Of a stretch of DNA of 63,007 nucleotides, positions 58,934 to 63,007 are shown piece by piece. Under the pieces are notes generated by a model. It was not told the DNA's origin, ran no database searches, and was given only the letters and a program-made list of their open reading frames with translations. Position 1 is the first letter of the stretch. The number at the start of each line of letters is the position of its first letter. Both the position numbers and the translations under genes were made by a program. Source of the DNA: Planctomycetota bacterium (GTDB lineage Bacteria > Planctomycetota > Planctomycetia > Pirellulales > Thermoguttaceae); assembly GCA_029549885.1 (NCBI GenBank), contig JAKPII010000434.1, forward strand, positions 1 through 63,007, given 5' to 3'.

Positions 58934-60337
58934 TTAGACGCGAACTTCCTTCCAGCCGCCTTGCCAAAATCGCCACGCGGTCAGGATCGCGCGGACGTAG
59001 AGGTCCGTCACCATGGCGTACCATGCGCCGAGAACGCCGAGCCCCAAGCCCGGTAAGGGGTCGTTAACCCAGGGGATGGGCACGCTCGAGAGGGCGAGCC
59101 AATATGCCACCGGGATGCGGACCCCGAGGAAGCCGACCAGCGTAAAGACCAACGGCCAACTTGTGTCGCCCGCCCCGCGGAGGGCCCCCGTGAGGATCAT
59201 CACCAAGGCCAGCGGCGGGATACCAAAGGCAATGGTTCGCAACAAAGGAGCGGCCAGATAGGCCACGTCGTGGTGGTGCGATCCCAACATCAAGCTGGCC
59301 AGAGGGAAAGCCCCGATATAGAAGACGACTCCTCCAAGCCCCATGACCAGCCCTCCCAACAAACAGGCCACCAGCACGCTCCGTGTGGCCTTGCCCGGTT
59401 GTTTCGCCCCGAGATACTGCCCGGCCATGGTGGCGGCGGCGACTTGAAAGGCAGCACCTGGCAAAAAGGCGAGCGATTCAATGCGGATGGCCACTCCGTG
59501 GGCGGCGGCTGCTCGATCTCCTAAGACATTGACGATCGAGACAAACCACAGTTGACAGAGAATCAAGGCGAACGAATCCAGTCCACCAGGTATGCCCACC
59601 CGCAAGAGCCGGTAGATCAAATGGCCTTCCGGACGAAACATTCGCCATCGCAGACGGAGGCCGATCATTCCACTGCCAAGGATCGTGAGCGCGCCGATGG
59701 CCCCCACCAGATAACCGCAGGTCGTGCCCAGCGCGATGCCATCCCAGCCCAATTGGGGAAGCGGGCCCCAGCCTAGGCAACATGCCCAACTTACGGCGAT
59801 GTTAACGATGTTGACGATGGCCATGATGCACAGGCCATGGACCATGGCCCCGGCCCCGCGCAACGCGGCGATCCCCACAGCGATAACCATAATGCAAGGG
59901 GTCATGGGGACGATGATGTTCCAGTAGCGAACGGCTGCGGCTGCCGACTCTCCGCGGAGTTTAAGAAGTGCCACCAAATCCGGCCCAAAGGTGAGGGCCG
60001 CGATGGCCCCTGGGACGGAAATGAGCAATCCGAGGATTAACGACTGGTGAAGAAAACGGTCGGCCATGGTAAAGCGGCGGGCGCCCACATAGCGAGCCAC
60101 CAGGGCGGATGTCCCAATCGCCACCACGCTGAAGAGTCCATACAAAAGCCACAAGGTGTAAGCCATCAAATTGACGGCGGCCAGGTGGGATTCCCCAAGA
60201 TAATGCCCTGTCAAAATCGTGTCGGAGAAACCCACAGCCATGGCCAGGGCCTGCTCGCCAAGGACAGGCCAGGCCAGGCGAAGAAGCGGGCGATAAACCC
60301 CGGGTTCGTCAATCCAATCGTTGATAGGGGTAGCCAT
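58934..60337 (-). CDS. MATE-family efflux transporter
   Basis: LAWP, about 12 TM helices, duplicated LRGAG motif and GIP. Confidence 0.9.
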   Translation of the reverse strand: MATPINDWIDEPGVYRPLLRLAWPVLGEQALAMAVGFSDTILTGHYLGESHLAAVNLMAYTLWLLYGLFSVVAIGTSALVARYVGARRFTMADRFLHQSLILGLLISVPGAIAALTFGPDLVALLKLRGESAAAAVRYWNIIVPMTPCIMVIAVGIAALRGAGAMVHGLCIMAIVNIVNIAVSWACCLGWGPLPQLGWDGIALGTTCGYLVGAIGALTILGSGMIGLRLRWRMFRPEGHLIYRLLRVGIPGGLDSFALILCQLWFVSIVNVLGDRAAAAHGVAIRIESLAFLPGAAFQVAAATMAGQYLGAKQPGKATRSVLVACLLGGLVMGLGGVVFYIGAFPLASLMLGSHHHDVAYLAAPLLRTIAFGIPPLALVMILTGALRGAGDTSWPLVFTLVGFLGVRIPVAYWLALSSVPIPWVNDPLPGLGLGVLGAWYAMVTDLYVRAILTAWRFWQGGWKEVRV

Positions 60338-60760
60338 ACTAAGGCGGGCGACGCCGGGAGACGGCGCAACACGAAGGTTCGATCTCTTGCTGCGATGACC
60401 TATTTTAAGACCGGGTGCGGTGGCACCGACCAGGCGCAGAAGATTTCAGTATAGCGGGAAACCCCATTCGGCGGGAACTGTGGTTTTTCGCCGTCGCCAA
60501 GCCGTTAGATGGCCCGAACGGCGCATAGACCAAGCTGCTAACACCGGATTGACTTTCGGGAGTGAGTTTTGGGGCAACTTGCCGGTGGCCAAAATTGGCT
60601 CGCTCAAAAAACTCAAATGCATTTCGCAAAATGCTTGCAAGGTTGGCTAGTCGAAATTACAATGCGGGGCGCCAAAGGAGGGAGAACTGGCTTGGCGCTA
60701 AACAAGTTGTCCGATAGGCGTGGCGTTTGGTTTATTCCTTTTCCCGGAAGGAGGTGTCTC

Positions 60761-61810
60761 ATGAGGCGGTTGAGGTTTCGGAAACGCGGTTTCACGTTGG
60801 TGGAACTGTTGGTGGTGATTGCCATCATTGGCATTCTCATTGCATTGCTCCTGCCGGCGGTGCAAGCTGCGCGAGAAGCTGCCCGGCGTTCGCAATGTAC
60901 GAACAATTTGAAACAGCTTGGCCTGGCTCTTCAGAACTATCACGATGTGACAAAGAGTTTTCCGCCAAGTGGTATTCTGTGCGGTGATTTGCGTGTCCCC
61001 CCTGTGCCGAGCACGCCCTCAGCAGTCCCTTATCATCACACTTGGCTTGTGATGATTTTACCCTATGTTGAACAGAAAGCACTCTACGACCAAATTGACA
61101 AGTCTCGGCCGATCTACAATACGCCGCTATTGGGTTCGACCGAGCTTGCGATGAGCAAGCAGGTTCAGGCCTTTCTCTGCCCAAGCAACCCCGTTCTCGA
61201 TTTGGGAAAGACCCGGAATATGGCCTATACCAACTATGCGGCAAGTGAAGGATACCACTGGTGGACGACCGCCACAGTCGATACAAACTGGGGTTATTGG
61301 GCTGTATTCCAAGGCACAAAAAGCCCGGTAGATCTGAGCGGGATGTTTACCATTCTTCAGACAAGAACCATGTCTGATTTGCTTGACGGAACTTCTAATA
61401 CTATCGCCATTGCCGAAGTCAATAGCACGGGCTATAAAAATGGTCCAATTACGACCAGTGGGACCGGTGTCCCTCGGCTCGACACGAACGAGAGAGTCTT
61501 CCGAGCCGCATTTGTCTTCACCGGGACTAATGGAGAGTGCTGTGAAACCGGACGGTGGCGCAACCCCGATGGCTCCGGGCCTTCCACGGCGGCACGGTGG
61601 TTTCCCGGAGCGTCGCCACACGCTTTTTCGCCGACATTCCTTGCTGCCTGGGGGCCAAATGCCAACTGGCATGGTGCGAGTAGTCTGCACCCCGGAGGGC
61701 TGAACGCCGGTTTCGCCGATGGTTCTGTGCGATTTTTCGCTCAGACCATTGAGTGGCATATTTGGGCGAAGTTAAATGCCATCAGCGATGGGCATTCCGT
61801 CCAGCAATGA
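60761..61810 (+). CDS. DUF1559 protein with prepilin-type N-terminal cleavage/methylation site
   Basis: GFTLVELLVVIAIIGILIALLLPAVQAAREAARRSQCTNNLKQ, DGTSNT and HPGGLN..FADGSV (H-X9-DG). AGGAGG RBS. Confidence 0.92.
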   Translation: MRRLRFRKRGFTLVELLVVIAIIGILIALLLPAVQAAREAARRSQCTNNLKQLGLALQNYHDVTKSFPPSGILCGDLRVPPVPSTPSAVPYHHTWLVMILPYVEQKALYDQIDKSRPIYNTPLLGSTELAMSKQVQAFLCPSNPVLDLGKTRNMAYTNYAASEGYHWWTTATVDTNWGYWAVFQGTKSPVDLSGMFTILQTRTMSDLLDGTSNTIAIAEVNSTGYKNGPITTSGTGVPRLDTNERVFRAAFVFTGTNGECCETGRWRNPDGSGPSTAARWFPGASPHAFSPTFLAAWGPNANWHGASSLHPGGLNAGFADGSVRFFAQTIEWHIWAKLNAISDGHSVQQ

Positions 61811-61923
61811 GCGGTTTGAGGCAACGAAATTGCCGCTTGTGCCAAGTTATAAGTGGGGGACACATGGGTGTGTTCCAAACAACTGAGGCCAAGGCAATGA
61901 CAAATCCGATGAGGTGACAGGTT

Positions 61924-62121
61924 ATGAAGAAATCTTTGGCACTGCTTGTGGGTGTGATGCTGGTATGGGGCGGTTTGTTCATAGGTTGCTCGAAGTCGCA
62001 GCAGAACGCAGCCGAAGACCCCGCGCGGCCTGAGGCAATCGAGGATCTGAATCAGGTACTGCCCGCACCGGATGCAAGCGGACGCATTGGCGGTGGACAG
62101 CCAGCGAACACGAACCCTTAA
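61924..62121 (+). CDS. Small lipoprotein downstream of DUF1559 gene
   Basis: MKK plus hydrophobic core and FIGC lipobox, with a GAGGTG RBS. Confidence 0.65.
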   Translation: MKKSLALLVGVMLVWGGLFIGCSKSQQNAAEDPARPEAIEDLNQVLPAPDASGRIGGGQPANTNP

Positions 62122-62354
62122 AGCGTTCGCTATTTCAACGGCGTTGAGCGAACCGGTCAGCGAGCTTTACGTTAGCCCGCAGGTTGCATTGCGGGCCTTT
62201 GGCTTTCTTGATCGATCCGGTGTTCCCTCCCTAACAGTTTCGGAGCTGTTGATTCTTTATCCATTCCGTGGAAATATTTGCGGCACCAACGAGGCGCATG
62301 GTTGTCATTGCCAGCCGCGGATGCCCCTTTTCACGCTGGGCGAGTTTCGGATGC

Positions 62355-63007
62355 TTATAGCGTATTCCAGAGGATGACTTCGCAGCCTCGGGAGGAGAAG
62401 ACGAGCGTGATGGCCCCCGTCTCGGCCGTGTGAAGGATTTCCTTGACCTGACCTTGGAAATGTTCCTTAACTGATTCCAGGCTGGACTGTCCGCCGCTGA
62501 CAAGTAACCACCGGGGACGGCACCAACGGACAAGATCGCCGGCCTGCCCTCGAACGCTCCCGTGGTGAGGGGACACCAAGGCGTCCACCTTCACAGAGGG
62601 CCTATCAAGGATTGCCCGTATCCCCTGTCCTTCCAGGTCACCGGGCAGGAGGAGACGTCGGCCGGCATAGGTGGCGACAATCAGCAGGCTATGGGCGTTG
62701 TCATCGGGGGTGGAGAAATCCGGCGGGGGATGAAGGACTTCCAGGCGACAGCCGTCACTGTCCCAACGCTGGCCGGATGCGACAGTTTCACAACGGATTC
62801 CCGATACCGTTATCAGCCGACGCAGTTCCTCGAGGGCCGGCTCGCTGCGGCAAAACATCTGCGGTGACACAACAATCTTTTTCACGGAGAAGTAATCCAC
62901 GAGTAGGGGTAGGCCGTTAAAGTGGTCCAGGTCCGCATGGGACAAGATCACCGTATCAATACGAGTGTAGCCCCGCGACCAAAGATAACCGGCCAAGACC
63001 CGGGCAG
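62355..63007 (-). CDS. comEC: ComEC/Rec2 competence protein, C-terminal metallo-beta-lactamase domain (5' part outside window)
   Basis: SHADLDHFNG, DNAHS, LLPGDLE, PHHGS and TAETGAI. Confidence 0.8.
   Translation of the reverse strand, partial: ARVLAGYLWSRGYTRIDTVILSHADLDHFNGLPLLVDYFSVKKIVVSPQMFCRSEPALEELRRLITVSGIRCETVASGQRWDSDGCRLEVLHPPPDFSTPDDNAHSLLIVATYAGRRLLLPGDLEGQGIRAILDRPSVKVDALVSPHHGSVRGQAGDLVRWCRPRWLLVSGGQSSLESVKEHFQGQVKEILHTAETGAITLVFSSRGCEVILWNTL

Noticed and set aside
1-63007. cas genes, transposases, integrases, RAYT, reverse transcriptase, rRNA or tRNA genes
   Set aside because: No ORF or sequence with the corresponding motifs was recognised. Enzymes acting on the repeats must lie outside the window if they exist.

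Overview
A GC-rich, gene-dense chromosomal window. It is most likely from a planctomycete; this is an inference from the DUF1559 prepilin-like gene, Lgt with an insertion, a second short DnaA, H4MPT-type genes and [FeFe]-hydrogenase maturases, which suggest an anaerobic or facultative Pirellulales-like organism. It holds about 43 protein genes. Housekeeping genes include hisN, ctpA, dxr, rseP, folK, panC, lgt, pabB, a dnaA-like gene and comEC. Accessory modules are hydE-hydG, a GAF-MFP/MFP/M50-peptidase-MFP operon with no ABC transporter, an Rrf2-hemerythrin-qNor NO-defence cassette, a split SpoIIM/MoxR/DUF58 cluster, wcaJ plus a GT4, and a fabZ-fabG-acp-fabZ-fabF cluster. The most striking signals are non-coding. 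(1) An orphan one-spacer CRISPR mini-array (19028-19128) has its own promoter and structured leader, no cas genes in the window, and GTAG-type REP elements abutting its repeats. (2) The NO-defence cassette is bracketed by ~92-bp REP-containing direct repeats. (3) A ~156-160-bp MITE family with TAA/TTA target duplications sits exactly on stop codons in two cases. (4) A palindromic Rrf2 operator overlaps a consensus sigma70 promoter. There is also a frameshifted HD-GYP response regulator. No rRNA, tRNA, transposase or cas gene was recognised. All product calls come from motifs read by eye, not from database searches.
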